64,000 nt of DNA from Pristiophorus japonicus (taxonomy: Eukaryota): assembly GCF_044704955.1 (NCBI RefSeq), contig NC_091999.1, forward strand, positions 28,272,001 through 28,336,000, read 5' to 3'. The notes beneath the pieces were generated by a model. It was not told where the DNA came from. It saw nothing but the letters and a program-made list of their open reading frames with translations, and ran no database searches. Position numbers and translations under genes: made by a program. Shown piece after piece: positions 1-11,787 of the stretch. Position 1 is the stretch's first letter. Every line of letters starts with the position of its first letter.

Positions 1-189
1 AAATTACGACAACTGTCTATAGCTGAATCATTAGTGAATAATGTCTCATATCTCAGTGTATTTGTGAAGGATCTCTCAACGCTGATTTCCACAGATCAGT
101 GTCATTAACAATAACCAGCGGAGTCGCCATAGAAATGAGATCATAACCCAGATTGTGACAGTCAGAAGGAGCAGTTCCGAAACACCACG

Positions 190-760
190 GGGAGACAGTC
201 GAAGGAGCTTTAATCAGTTTTTAACCTGGTTGTACCTGCTCTGACAGTGTTTGATATGACAGCTTTACTCTGGAACTAACCCGTACGTTATCTTATGTGG
301 CAGTGCTTGATAGGACATTGCAGAGATAGCTTTAATCAGTCTTTAACCTTTTCTTTACAAGGACGTGGAACTTAATTGTGTCCTTCAATATAGCATGATC
401 TTCTATTTAATCAGAGCTTTGGAGGGGTGGTGCGCTTTAATGGGACAGTGTATTGGAAGCTTTTCATTGTACTCGTCATAATTGTGCTTAATTAATCGGT
501 CAATTTGATAACGCATTTTATGGGGAGACATTTCGTAGCACATCTCTGCAGTACTTGAGCTGGGAATGTTTGACGGGATAGTACAGATAACATATTACTC
601 TGTGTGCAACACTTGCTATACCTGTCCTGACCCACATGGCAGCATAGCGGGAGCTTTGCTCTCTTATCCGTGCTGTATCTGACCTGAGAGTGCTTGATCA
701 GGCAGTGTTCTAGGCACCGTTATCTGCGTCTAACAGATAGCAGGTAAACTGCTCGTGCCA
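190..760 (+). repeat. Degenerate copies of the 67-bp satellite
   Basis: Decayed matches to ACAGTGTAGAGGGAGCTTTACTCTGTATCTAACCCGTGCTGTACCTGCCCTGGGAGTGTTTGATGGG, seen intact at 58.4 kb. Confidence 0.7.
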
Positions 761-899
761 GATATATACAATAATTCGTCCCATTGCACAGATTAAACAG
801 CGCACATTCTTTGATTTTTGTATTTTTTCTGAAAAAATGCCCAATTTTTAATGAGTTATTAATGTTTGAACATTTTGAGCATCAGATTACTAATGAACA

Positions 900-1290
900 T
901 GATTGGCCTGATCCTCAGCTCACTTTCAGAACAAACAGTTTCAGGAAGTGAATAACGCTCCAGAAAGCAGCGCCTGTTCTGATCTGATGGGAGGTTACAA
1001 GTTATTTCCACAATTAAAATAGAGAATATCGAGACTCCCACTTCAAATAACCGTTATGGGGACCTCATGTTTAGAAAAATTATGTTGTCCAATTCTTCCT
1101 GAGAAGGTTAAAGGCAGGGAGAAACTGTGACGAGATGCAGCTATTGGCCTGGGTCACAACACAAGGCACACAGTCACTGAGCTGCAATTCTGTGAAACAT
1201 TTAAAGAGAGAGAGTCAACCTGCAATAAGTCATCATTCGCTATGAATTTAAGCCTTTCTAACAGCATGCGATTGACTAATTTGCATCAGA
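900..1290. promoter_or_regulatory. Candidate Ig J-C intronic enhancer motifs
   Basis: Perfect octamer ATTTGCAT at 1279-1286 and ETS/IRF-like GGAAGTGAAT at 944-953, in non-repetitive DNA about 2 kb upstream of CH1. Confidence 0.3.
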
Positions 1291-1429
1291 TTTATAAGAT
1301 CCTTTTATTTTAAATATCCTCTTTCATTATAACGAACAATAAAAATAGATCTGGTAGAGGTGTCCAAAATATGAAGTGTTTCCTTCAATGAAATCTAGAA
1401 GAACTGTTCCCACTCACTCGTGTAGACTG

Positions 1430-2350
1430 ATAGCATCTCACAGCATTAGAAGAGGCCATTCAGGCATCGTGCTTGAACCGGCTCTGAAAGAGCTGTCCTA
1501 TTTAGTCCAACTCCCCAGAGTTTTCATTGTAAACGTGCAAATGAGTCCTCCTGACGTACAGGAGATACTGCCTGGAGCATTCCTGAAATTACCAACCCTC
1601 TGTGTGAAAAAAATCACCTTAATTTCACCTTCTGATCTTTTCACAATTATTTTAAACCTGTGACATTTGGTTACCCACCTACTTTCCAGCGGAACAAATT
1701 CTCCCGACTTGGTATATCAAAACCTGACATAATGTTGAATATCTCTCTTAGGTCTCCTCTTAACCTCTGCTCTAAGGAGAATATTCGAGCTTCTCCAATC
1801 TCTCCACATAACTGAAGACCCCATCCCTGGCATCATCCAGGTAAAAGCCTCCCCTCTACACTCCCCAAGGGCATGACATCCTTCCTACATTGTGGTGACA
1901 AAAAGGTATGCAATAGTCCATCTGAGGCCTAACACGTGATCTGTAAGTTTAGCATAACCGCCTTGTTTTTGTAGTCAATGCCCCATTTACAAAGTCAAGT
2001 ATCCCATACGCTTTCCTAACAGCCTTACCAGTTTGCCCTGCCCCCTTCAAAGATTTGTGATTATATACATCCAGATCTCTCTATTCGTGCATCCCCTCAA
2101 AACAATACTATTTAGATTATACTGCCTCTCCAACTTCCACCCAATGAGCATCGCTTCTCAATGATTCGCATTTAATTGCAATTGCCATGTCCGAGTCCAT
2201 TTCACTGGTCCATCTGCCTCCTCATAGAATCTGCTGCTTTCATGCTCACTATAGGCTACGTTACCAGGTTTTGCATCATTTTGAACTTCGAAATTGTATT
2301 CCCTGTAACCAAGTCTATGTCATTGTTATATAACAAGAACAACAATGGGA
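1430..2350 (-). mobile_element. Old degenerate CR1 LINE fragment
   Basis: Decayed similarity to the CR1 RT C-terminus and 3' UTR seen in younger copies in this window. Confidence 0.6.
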
Positions 2351-3096
2351 ATTTAACATTTAAGGAGTAACTTCCAATTAACCGGATTTTGGAATGGTAT
2401 TTTATTCAGATTATTAATTGAGTGGCAGGAAGCAGGCTACTCAAGAGACATGCATTCAATAGGATGGAATAGAGCTCAGATCACAGTGCGCTGAAGGACA
2501 TCGCTCTCCCTCAAATGCTGAGAAAATAAGGGAGAAATTCGATTCAATCGCGGTTCATCAGCAACTTGCATCTTAGAAACTAGACTATGGAAATGCTACC
2601 TGTTGAATTATGTGGCAGGCAAGTTTGGAGGGTTTTTTGCTAAAGTCCTAAGCAGGAATTCCGCTGTTACTTTGAAGTGCAGTCACTGTTGTTTTGTAGG
2701 GATACACCGCAGGCAATGTGCACAGAGCAAATTTCCCCAAACTGCAATTAAATAAAGGACAAGAAATGGTGCTGATTGAGAAATAAATGCTGGCCGAAAT
2801 AACAGGAACACGTCTCTGTTCTGCTATTGTATGATCAAATGAAGGCTTCTTTATTGGCGAGTTGTGTAAAGGTCCTTGTTTATAATGTGATAGAGCTCGG
2901 TGATAGAGAGGTGCGTTCCTGACCAGCGCATTGACAGGTGCTTAAGGTAGAACTGACAGAAGCTCAAATGCCTGTGTAGTCTTTGATGGAGAAACGGTGG
3001 AATTAGTTTACTCTGCAGTCAAATTTCGATTTGTTTATTTATTTTATAAGCACGGATTACAGAGTCTAACTTGTTCAATGGGCCATTCCTTCCCAG

Positions 3097-3396
3097 TAAC
3101 ACCGACTCCCCCCAGCCTCTATGCACTGCTCTCCTCCTGTGAACAACCCAGCACCGATGGCTCCATCACGTAGGGCTGTGTGGTGATGTACTACTCCCCT
3201 GACATCATCAGCCTTTTCTGGAAGGAAGATAAAGAGCCGATCACCACTGGATTGAAGACCTACCCGTCATTGCTCAAAAAGAAGGGAACCTACACCCTGA
3301 GCAGCCAGTTAACCATCACAGAGTCCGAGGTGGGGAGCAGCACAATCTGCTGCGAGGTTCGACGTGGTGGGTCGATGTGGAACATCACAATGTCAG
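3097..3396 (+). pseudogene. IGHM: IgM heavy chain CH1 exon (in-frame stop)
   Basis: Acceptor ttcccag, donor gttaat. Translates [75 protein letters not shown], matching shark C-mu1. TAG at 3171-3173. Confidence 0.93.
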
Positions 3397-3475
3397 GTTA
3401 ATGATGTGGGATACAGGGCAAACTGTGATAAGGTGAGAAGTTATGTTCAACTTGTATAAAAACTTGGTTAGACAA

Positions 3476-3922
3476 CACTTAGAGTACTGTGCATAGTTCT
3501 GGTCTCCATATAATACTTAGAATACTGTGCACAGTTCTAGTTTCCTTATCACATTTAGAATATTGTTTACAATTCTGGTTTCCATCTCATACTTAGAATA
3601 CTGTGTAAAGTTCTGGTCTCCATATCATAGTTAGAATATTATGCACAGTTCCGTTCTCCATATCACAGTTATAATACTGGACAAAGTTCTGTTCTCCATA
3701 TCACACTTAGAATATTGTTTAAAGTTCTGGTTTCCATCTCATACTTAGAATACGGTGTAAAGTTCTGGTCTCCATATCATATTTAGAATAGTATGCACAG
3801 CTCTGCTCTCCATATCACACTTAGAATACGGTGCATGGTCCTGATCCCCATATCGCACTTAGAATATTATGCACAGTTCTGGTCTGCATATTACACTGAG
3901 TATACTGTGCACAATTTTGCTC
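3476..3922 (+). repeat. ~38-bp minisatellite (~12 copies) derived from CR1
   Basis: Unit ~CACTTAGAATACTGTGCACAGTTCTGGTCTCCATATCA corresponds to the CR1 segment encoding HLEYCVQFWSP; preceded by CR1-like flank. Confidence 0.8.
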
Positions 3923-4042
3923 TCTGCAAATGCCAGGTTAGTGTGAATCTGACAGCAAAGCACTAGTTAAAATATAAGGACACTTTGCATTTCTTAATCA
4001 TTTATTTTGCAAGCAATATCAATAAAATGCCTTCTCGTGAAG

Positions 4043-4359
4043 GTCCTGAACGGATCATCGTTCCTCCAATTGTTCTCCTCTTGCTAAGCTCCACTGAACA
4101 ACTCATCAGCAGCAGATATGCAAGCGCCATGTGTTCAATCATCGAATTAAGGCCAAAGTCACTGACCGTGAATTGGCTGAAGAGTGGACAACTCCTGGAT
4201 TCCGGCTTCATCACCTCTCCCGCGTTTGAGATGAACAAAACGTTTTGACGGCCAGTCGGCTGACACTCCCTGCCAGGGAATGGTTCACCGGCTCGGTCTA
4301 CACCTGCCAGGTCACTCATGAAGGGGGCACACAAAGCCGTAACTTCACCAGATCTCAGG
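4043..4359 (+). pseudogene. IGHM: IgM heavy chain CH2 exon (frameshift)
   Basis: ..CSIIELRPKSLTVNWLKSGQLLDSGFITSP..NKTF / [26 protein letters not shown]. 1-nt deletion near 4246; donor gtaaga at 4360. Confidence 0.92.
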
Positions 4360-4479
4360 GTAAGAGGCACAATCCCGGGAGGTTCCAGACCATTCTGAGC
4401 GTTGATCTCAGTCAGGACTTTTATTGAAATTAGTAGAAAGCAGAGGAATATTCCTAATTGCCAATCATGCAGTTTGTGT

Positions 4480-4915
4480 ATTCTTGCAATACAATTTTGC
4501 CTTTATACAGCGCCTTCAGCGACCACAGACTGAACCAAAGCGCTTGCCAGGCAATGAATTAAGTTGTGAAATGTGCTCACAGTTGTAATGTACAAAGTGC
4601 GGCAGTCATTTAGTGCTCAGCAAGCTCCCACAAACAGCAGTGTGATAATGACCATTTTTTTTGTTTAGTTTTATTTCTTGAGGGATTAATATTCCCAGGC
4701 CACCAGGGAGAACTCCTCTGCTTTTCATTGAAATAATTCCAGGGGAACTTTTACCTACACCTGAGAGGCTAGACGGATTCTTGGTTTAACACATGATCCG
4801 ACAGACGGCACCTCCGACAATGCACCACGCCCCCAGTACTGCACTGAGAGACTCAGCTTACATATTGTGATCAAATATCTGGAGTGGGACTTCAACCCAC
4901 GATCTTCTGGTTTAG
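4480..4915 (-). mobile_element. tRNA-derived SINE (degenerate)
   Basis: B-box-like GGACTTCAACCC on +, with SINE-like core and tail. Confidence 0.55.
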
Positions 4916-5114
4916 GATTCCTCATTGCTCAGGGTTTATTTACCTCGCCAAAAAAGCTTTCCCCTTGCTCTGGTGTCAGGCAGTGAGTGAAGTGTCCTTA
5001 GTCTCAGGTATACCCTGAGTTGGCTAATCATATACGGAATGGCAATAGGAGTCTCGAATCCTTTACTGCTAAATGTCCAGGAACCCACTGCAAGAATGGG
5101 CATCTACCCTATTC

Positions 5115-5630
5115 AGAGTACTGAGCCCAATTCTGGGCTCCGCACCTCAGGAAGTATACACGTGGAGGTGCTAAACTGCAGGTTTACCCTAATTATACCG
5201 GGGCTAATAATGTAAAATGATCAGGTGGCGATTATAGAACGTTAAGAGATGATCCAATTGAGGTGTTTAAGATGATAAATGGAATTGTATCGAGTAGATA
5301 TAGAAACATGTATTTAGTTTGATGGGAGAGTCCAGAACAAGTAGCAGAACCTTAACATTAGAGCTAGGACGTGCAGAGGTGATGTTAGAAAGGATTTTCT
5401 CACAGGAAGAATAGTGCAAGTCGGGATTTCCCTCCCCAAAAGCTGCTGACACTTGCTTTCAATTGAAAAGTTGAAAACTGAAATTGATAGATTTTTGTTC
5501 GGCAAGTTTATCATTGGTTACATAACCAAGGCGTGAAGATGGTGTTGAGTGTTGATCAGCCATGATCTAACTGGATGGCGGGACAGGATGGATGGGCTGA
5601 ATGGCCTTCTCCTATTCCTATGTTGCTATT
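5115..5630 (+). mobile_element. CR1 LINE 3' fragment
   Basis: CR1 RT C-terminal remnant and 3' UTR ending ..CCTATTCCTATG. Confidence 0.7.
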
Positions 5631-6331
5631 AATGCCCTGATGTCATAGTGCTTTCTGAATCTCTCTCACCAGACATGAAAAATGTTCAGTAATTACAGAT
5701 ATTAACAAACTACCTCACATCATTACAAATGATGCCCCACCACAAAAGATTCCTTGCAACTCCATTCTCCGGACCTTGCACTTCTCCTCTGACGGGGGAT
5801 GTGACTGGTTCCTGCACATTTTCATCGCAACAAAAATAGCAGCAAAAGACTAGAAACTTAACTTTGTTTCCTGTTGTCCCATGAATCCTGAAATTAATTT
5901 CACACTGGTTTTGAACCAGTATATTGCTTGTGTAGACCTCTTGAACTTGGGGATATTCGGGCTTCAGCAATTATAACCAGTGGAGATGCATTTGGGTACA
6001 AAAATCTATAGACAGGCGTAAAGGAGCAAGGAATTTCAGGAAGAGCACTATTCAGTGCCTATCACAATTGTGTCCCAATTTATTACCATTTTACGCCAGG
6101 TATTTGCTTCACAGCCCATTACAGGTGGGTCTGGCTCAAATACACAGGAAATATTACAGATTCCCCGGAATCCTTGCCAATTCATTGCCCTTCGTTAACG
6201 ACGGTGTTCAAGTAATAGCGAGAGGTTGATATCTCAAAAGTGAGTTATTCCCCTTGAAAGAGTGAAGGCTAATTATTGGTGTCCTGATTCTGAAGATGCG
6301 GCTTTTCCTGACTTTCATTCCTGCTTCGCAG

Positions 6332-6639
6332 TGGATGTCCCATGCAGCGATTAAAAATCACTCTTCGCCCACCATCACTGGAACAGGGTTTACTGGAGGC
6401 GACGGTGACCTTAACCTGCGTCGTGTCTGACGCTCCTTATGGGCTCACCGTGACCTGGACCCGAAAAAACGAGACTTTGAAATCAGAGATTGCCGTCCAA
6501 CCCGGAGAGGATCCCAACAGTGTGATCAGCAACTTAAACATCTCGACACAAGACTGGCTGAGTGGGGATAAGGTCTACTGCGTGGTGAGCCATCAGGATA
6601 TGCCGACTCCGATCAGAGATTCCATCCACAAGGAAAAGG
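6332..6639 (+). pseudogene. IGHM: IgM heavy chain CH3 exon (frameshift)
   Basis: Acceptor ttcgcag; DVPCSD, then a 1-nt deletion near 6350, then [56 protein letters not shown]; donor gtgagc. Confidence 0.92.
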
Positions 6640-7557
6640 GTGAGCGGGGAGATTGTTGCAATAAGTGAGACACTGCAACAATTTCGATGCGTGTGCATGG
6701 GCCAATTAATTATATAAAGTGTTTAATGGCTACTCTGATCATTCAGGTTGGTAATTCCACCAACTTAGCACTCTGGGACCTGACATTATGTATTTTAGGG
6801 GAAACTGGATAAGTCCATGAGCGAGAAAGAAATAGAAGGGTATATTATTACGGTTGGATGAAGTGGGCTCGGAGGAGGCTTGTGTGGATCATAACCACCG
6901 GCTTAGACCAGTTGGCCAAATCTCCTCGTTCTGTGCATTAAATTCTTTGTCATTTTCCAGTCCAACGCTTCAAGATTTCAGAGAGAAAGATTACGTTTCC
7001 TCGGATAAGGAATGGAAAACCAGAGAGGCCACAGAGGGGAAAAGGAATAGCGTAATACATTCAACGCCGTGTCCATTTCTCTCACATCTAACCACCGGAA
7101 ATTGGCTGAATTTAAATGAGGAAGGCGAGTTGTGGGCGTTTGTCGCACAGGCCACCAGTGAAAACGGGAGGATTAGAAGCCGAGTGAGCAGGTCACGGAT
7201 CGCGGGGGGTGGGTTAGGCAGGGACCCTGGATCCAGGAGGTAGGTGTCAGGGCAATTACCACCTGGGAGCAGCAATCCACACCTTGCTGTAACTGCTGAG
7301 ATTTACACAGTGTGTCAAACCGGACCAGCGACTGTTAAACACCAAATGGTGGTTAAAATAGAGGATTCAGGTCTCATTTAAATATATTACTCAAATATAA
7401 TATTACAACCGGAAGTGAGCGAGTTGAGGTAGGGATTCCAATTTTTACCAATTTAACAACCTCCACGCCCAAAACCCGCCCGCTGTATTGGGTTGAAATT
7501 CCCCCATTGTCTCTGGAACTATCCAGTTCATTGGCCTTTGTTGTAACTGTTCTACAG

Positions 7558-7918
7558 CGAAAGATCCGTGGGAACCAGCCGTGTCTGTCCTCCTGCCCTC
7601 AGCAGAAGTCTCTGCTCAGAGGTTGGTCAGCCTCACCTGCTTAGTGAGAGGTTTCTCCCCCCGAGAGATCTTCATCAAATGGACCGTCAATGTCAAGCCG
7701 GTGGATTCCGGCAACTACAAGAACACGGAGGTGATGGCGGAGAATGGCAGCAGATCCTTCTTCATGTACAGCCTGCTATCCATTGCAGCCGAAGAGTGGG
7801 CCAGCGGCGCCTCTCACTCCTGTGTGGTGGGACATGAAGCGATCCTATTGAAAATCACCAACAGAACCGTCAATAAATCCAGTGGTAAAGCATTTCCCTT
7901 GTTATGATGGACACCTTC
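7558..7918 (+). pseudogene. IGHM: IgM heavy chain CH4 exon plus 5' part of the secretory tail
   Basis: Acceptor ctacag; [70 protein letters not shown]; out-of-frame tail remnant [10 protein letters not shown] cut by CR1. Confidence 0.93.
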
Positions 7919-8615
7919 ATAAGAACATAGGAACATAAGAATTAGGAACAGAAGTAGGGCATCTTGCATCTCGAGCCTGCTCCGCCATTCAACAAGATCA
8001 TGGCTGATCTGGCCGTGGGCTCAGCTCCACTTTCCCGCCCGCTCCCCATAACCCTTAATTCCCTTATTGGTTAAAAATCTATCTTTCTGTGAATTGAATA
8101 CATTCAATGAGCTATCCTCAATTCCTCCCCTTTGCAGATAATTCCACAGATTCACAACTCTGTGGGAGAAGAAATTCCTTCTCAACTGAGTTTTAAATGG
8201 GCTCCCCCGTATTTTGAGGCTGGGTCCCCTAGTTCGAGTCTCCCCGACCAGTGGAAACAACCCCACTGCCTCGATCTTGTCTATGCCTTTCATTGTTTTA
8301 AATGTTTCTATCGATCACCCCTCATCCTTCTGAATTTCAACGAGTAAAGACCCAGTCTACTCAATCTATCATCATACGGTAACCCCTCTCATCTCCTGAA
8401 TCAGCCTCGTGAATCGTCTCTGTACCCCCTCCAAAGCTAGTATATTCTTCCTTAAGTAAGGTGACCAAAACTGCACGCAGTACTCCAGGTGCGGCCTCAC
8501 CAATACCCTATACAGTTGCAGAAGGACCTCCCTGCTTTTATACGCCATCTCTCTGGCAATGAAGGTCAACATTCCATTCGCCTTCCTGATTACCAGTTGC
8601 ACCTGCAAACTAACA

Positions 8616-8816
8616 TTAATTGCCGGTGCTTTTAGTGTCCCCCTCCCCTTTTATAGGGGGCACTTGTAAAAAAAATATGTTTTTGTGCCCAAACCCCCCC
8701 CCCCCCCCAAAATACCACAAAAAAATAAAAGGGCCTGTAAATGTTTGGTGTTTTCCCCAGATCGGGGGGGGGGGGGTTGTTACGGTTTAATGTTTATTGT
8801 TTACTCCCAAAAAGAG
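8616..8816 (+). mobile_element. Tx1 3' UTR-only fragment immediately upstream of the full-length copy
   Basis: Diverged direct repeat of 15663-15817 (TTAATTGCCGGTGCTTTT..CCCCTCCCCTTTTATAGGGGGCACTTG..CCCCAGATCGGGGGG..AAAGAG). Confidence 0.88.
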
Positions 8817-9756
8817 TTTCATGCACAAGGACCAATGGTGGAGCTTTGCAGGCGTGGCCTATGCACTTGGAGCCTGGCTGCTGTGAGAGAAGGAACTCCC
8901 TGCTTTAGCTCCCGTCTGGAAGGCCTGGAGTGAGCCCTGAGACCAGCCCAGGAACAGGAGAAAGGAAGGGGCTTCATTACCATTCATCTAGAGTGAGAGG
9001 AGGACAGCAGAAGACTGCAACACCTTCATTATTTCAACAAAGATTTGGTGAGAGGGGGAAAAAAGAACAACAACTTACCAGTGTGGAAGGAGGGAAAGAC
9101 TTCTTCAGCCAAAGGTGGGTGTGTTTTGGTGCATTCACCAAAAAGACTTTGTTGTATCGGTGGGGGGAGGAAAGAAGACCAATCGAGGGCCAGAACATCG
9201 CGGGGTGTGTGTGTGTGTGTGCAAGTGTATGTGGGGGTCTTGCCTACAGCTAGGCCCACACACCACTGAAGCACCCCTCCCCCATTGCCTAGCCTGGGAT
9301 AGCTGGAGCTACCAGGCTGAAGAAATTAAATCACCCTAATTAACATCGTTGGGCGTGTGTACCTGTGTGGCTCCAGCTGCCCCAGGTGAAGACATCTTCT
9401 CCCCCCACCCGAAGATCACCCCAAAGACTGTTTTGTTTGCCATCTGGGGAGTGCACCCACCCATTACTGTGAGGGGAGACCTGCCCTTGAAGCCTCCCTC
9501 TTTTCCACATCCCCTCACTCCATCTCTCTCTCTGTCTCTCCCCTCTCTCTCTGAGAGCCCTTCCTCCCAATTGGAAAAAAAAAAGACAAGAACAATTTAG
9601 ACAACTGAGCAGAGGGAGCAAGGCCCCTCCCCAAATGCCAACTAGGAGTGGAGTGCCTCTTTCAGAGCTCCCGCTGTTAAATACTTAAACGAGGCCACTT
9701 AAGACAATTAAGGCATGTGACTTTGGGGTGGGTGTAGCCCTTAAAGTGACCCCGTG

Positions 9757-11733
9757 ATGGCGACCCCATCCACGCCGGTGGCAGGGCCAGCTTGGACTTA
9801 TGCGCAGGCGGCGTCCACATCCACGGCACATCCTGCGCCTCCTGCTGCCCTGCCACCATTCAGACTGATAACTAAAAAACACGGGGTCAAGGGCTACACT
9901 AACCCCACAATGAGCATTGAGGAGTGCGTGCGGGCGATGGCTGGGGTAGTCGGCCCCTCGGCCATTGTCGCAGCCTCCAAGATGTCTGGGAAGGCCGTGT
10001 TCTTCCTGGGGTCAGAGCGGGCGATGTCCCTGGCCATTGAAAAGTGGCTCCTGGTGGGCGGGGCGTTCCTGCCGGTGGACCCTCCCGTGGCCACCGCGCA
10101 GAGGGTCATCATTTCAAACGTCCCGCCCTTTGTTCCCGCTGAGCTCCTCCTCCCTCATCTACACCAACTGGGGGAGGTAAGGTCGGGGATCAACCCCATA
10201 CCGCTCGGCCTCAGGGAGAACAGCCTGCGCCATGTGTTCTCCTTCCGCCGCCAGCTCTTTGTCCGGCTGGCGCGGGAGGAGACGACGGAGGGCAATTTCA
10301 ATGTGGTGCACGATGGGACTACCAACCGCGTCTTCTGGACGTCGGACGGCGTGCGGTGCCATGCCTGCCACCACCCCTCCCCCTAGTTGAGTCCACGTGC
10401 TGGGAGCCGTAGGTGCGTGGGCATCGTCGGAGGCCTTTGTTTTCACGGCCTCCGGCGGGGGGGAGGGGGAGCGTCCGACCGGAAAGAAGGCGCGGAAGAA
10501 GGCGAAACTTCTAGAGGCGTGTCCCCTCGGTGCGCCAAACAACATGTTTACCGCGCTCGGCCAAACTCCGTCACCGACGAGCGCGGGGTGCCCTGAGCCT
10601 GAGCCCGTGCCCGAGCCCTTGACTAGTATCACCGAGGGGTTCGGGCGTGGGCAAGACAAGAAAAAGGGGGGAGTGGAGCGGGAGGCCTCGGCAGACATGG
10701 AGGTCTCCCTGCCTCTGCGCACCCCCAGGAACAAAAGGAGGCGCCGCTCCAATGAGGTGGAGGGAGAACAACATCCCTCAGCGGAGGAGGCGGTGCCCGC
10801 CGCGTGTCCCGCGTCCCCCACCAGTGCCCCCAAGCTGCGCTGTAGGCAGGAGGAATCTGTCCCTGGGGAGGGTGAGGCAGTCGAGGCTGCCCAGCCGCTG
10901 CCTCTCGGTGATGACGTGAAAGATCTGCCTGTCTTGGGGGGCGTGGGGCCAGCGGAAGAATCTGTAACTGCCGGGTCGAGCGTGCCGGGGACTGAGGCGG
11001 GCGAGGCTGAAAAGGCCGATCCTGAGCCCGCCCAGCCAATACCCAACTTCCCCCGGGATTTGCTCGACTCGCAGAAGCTGACACTGCAGACAACTGTAAT
11101 ATACATCCACACGCTGGGTCGGGGGGTGGCGGCGGGGAGGGGGAAGAACAACAACCCTCGCCCCCTACTTTGGAGCTGAGGCACTTGGTTGACCTGGAGA
11201 ATTTCCTAAACCAGGTCTCTCCGTGTTCCCCGGCTCCTGGGGTGGAGGAGGAACCCCTTCCGCTGTCGCTTCCCGACCCAGCACCACTTTTAAAAGAGCC
11301 CAGTGGGGACTCCTCTGCCGACGATCCTGGAGGTGGGATCAGGGCAGAGCCAGGGCCGGATGGAGCGGCCGGGCCGTTTGGCGTACCTCGTGCGGTCGAT
11401 GGGCCGGCTGCTGGCAGTGACCTCCCGGTGGAGGACGGCGACTCGGTGGGGGACACGGGAGAAAATCTCGAGTCCATCACCATTGAGGTAGTGGATCTTC
11501 TCGCGTCCACCGCTGAGACCCTCCTCATTCCTGCAAAGGAACTCCGGGACTTTTTGGTCCAGTGCCGGGGTCGCCGCGACCAAGCCCGTCTGGCCCTGGA
11601 AAGATGGTCTGAGCCAGTGTTGCTCATCGCTTCCCTCCGCACCGCAGCTAAAACCATGGCCGCGGGCGGGCCCTTTCAAGGGCGCAAGGCCTTGAGCTGC
11701 GCTGGCTCAAAAAGTTCCTCGCTGGGCTGCTGA
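9757..11733 (+). pseudogene. Tx1 ORF1 (RRM-like region and truncated zinc knuckle), frameshifted
   Basis: VGPSAIVAASKMSGKAVFFL, VIISNVPPFVP, LRHVFSFRRQLFV, RCHAC; acidic/Pro-rich C-terminal part spread over 3 ORFs. Confidence 0.85.
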
Positions 11734-11787
11734 AGGAGTGGAGGTCAACAAACTACTCCACTCCCCCTCCCACAATAGGTTAGGTAG

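Noticed and set aside
3476-3922. CRISPR-like periodicity (also 23858-24125 and 59466-60370)
   Set aside because: Contiguous tandem units without unique spacers, eukaryotic context, no cas genes.
10159-11679. 340-aa antisense ORFs within the Tx1
   Set aside because: GC-rich shadow ORFs of ORF1.
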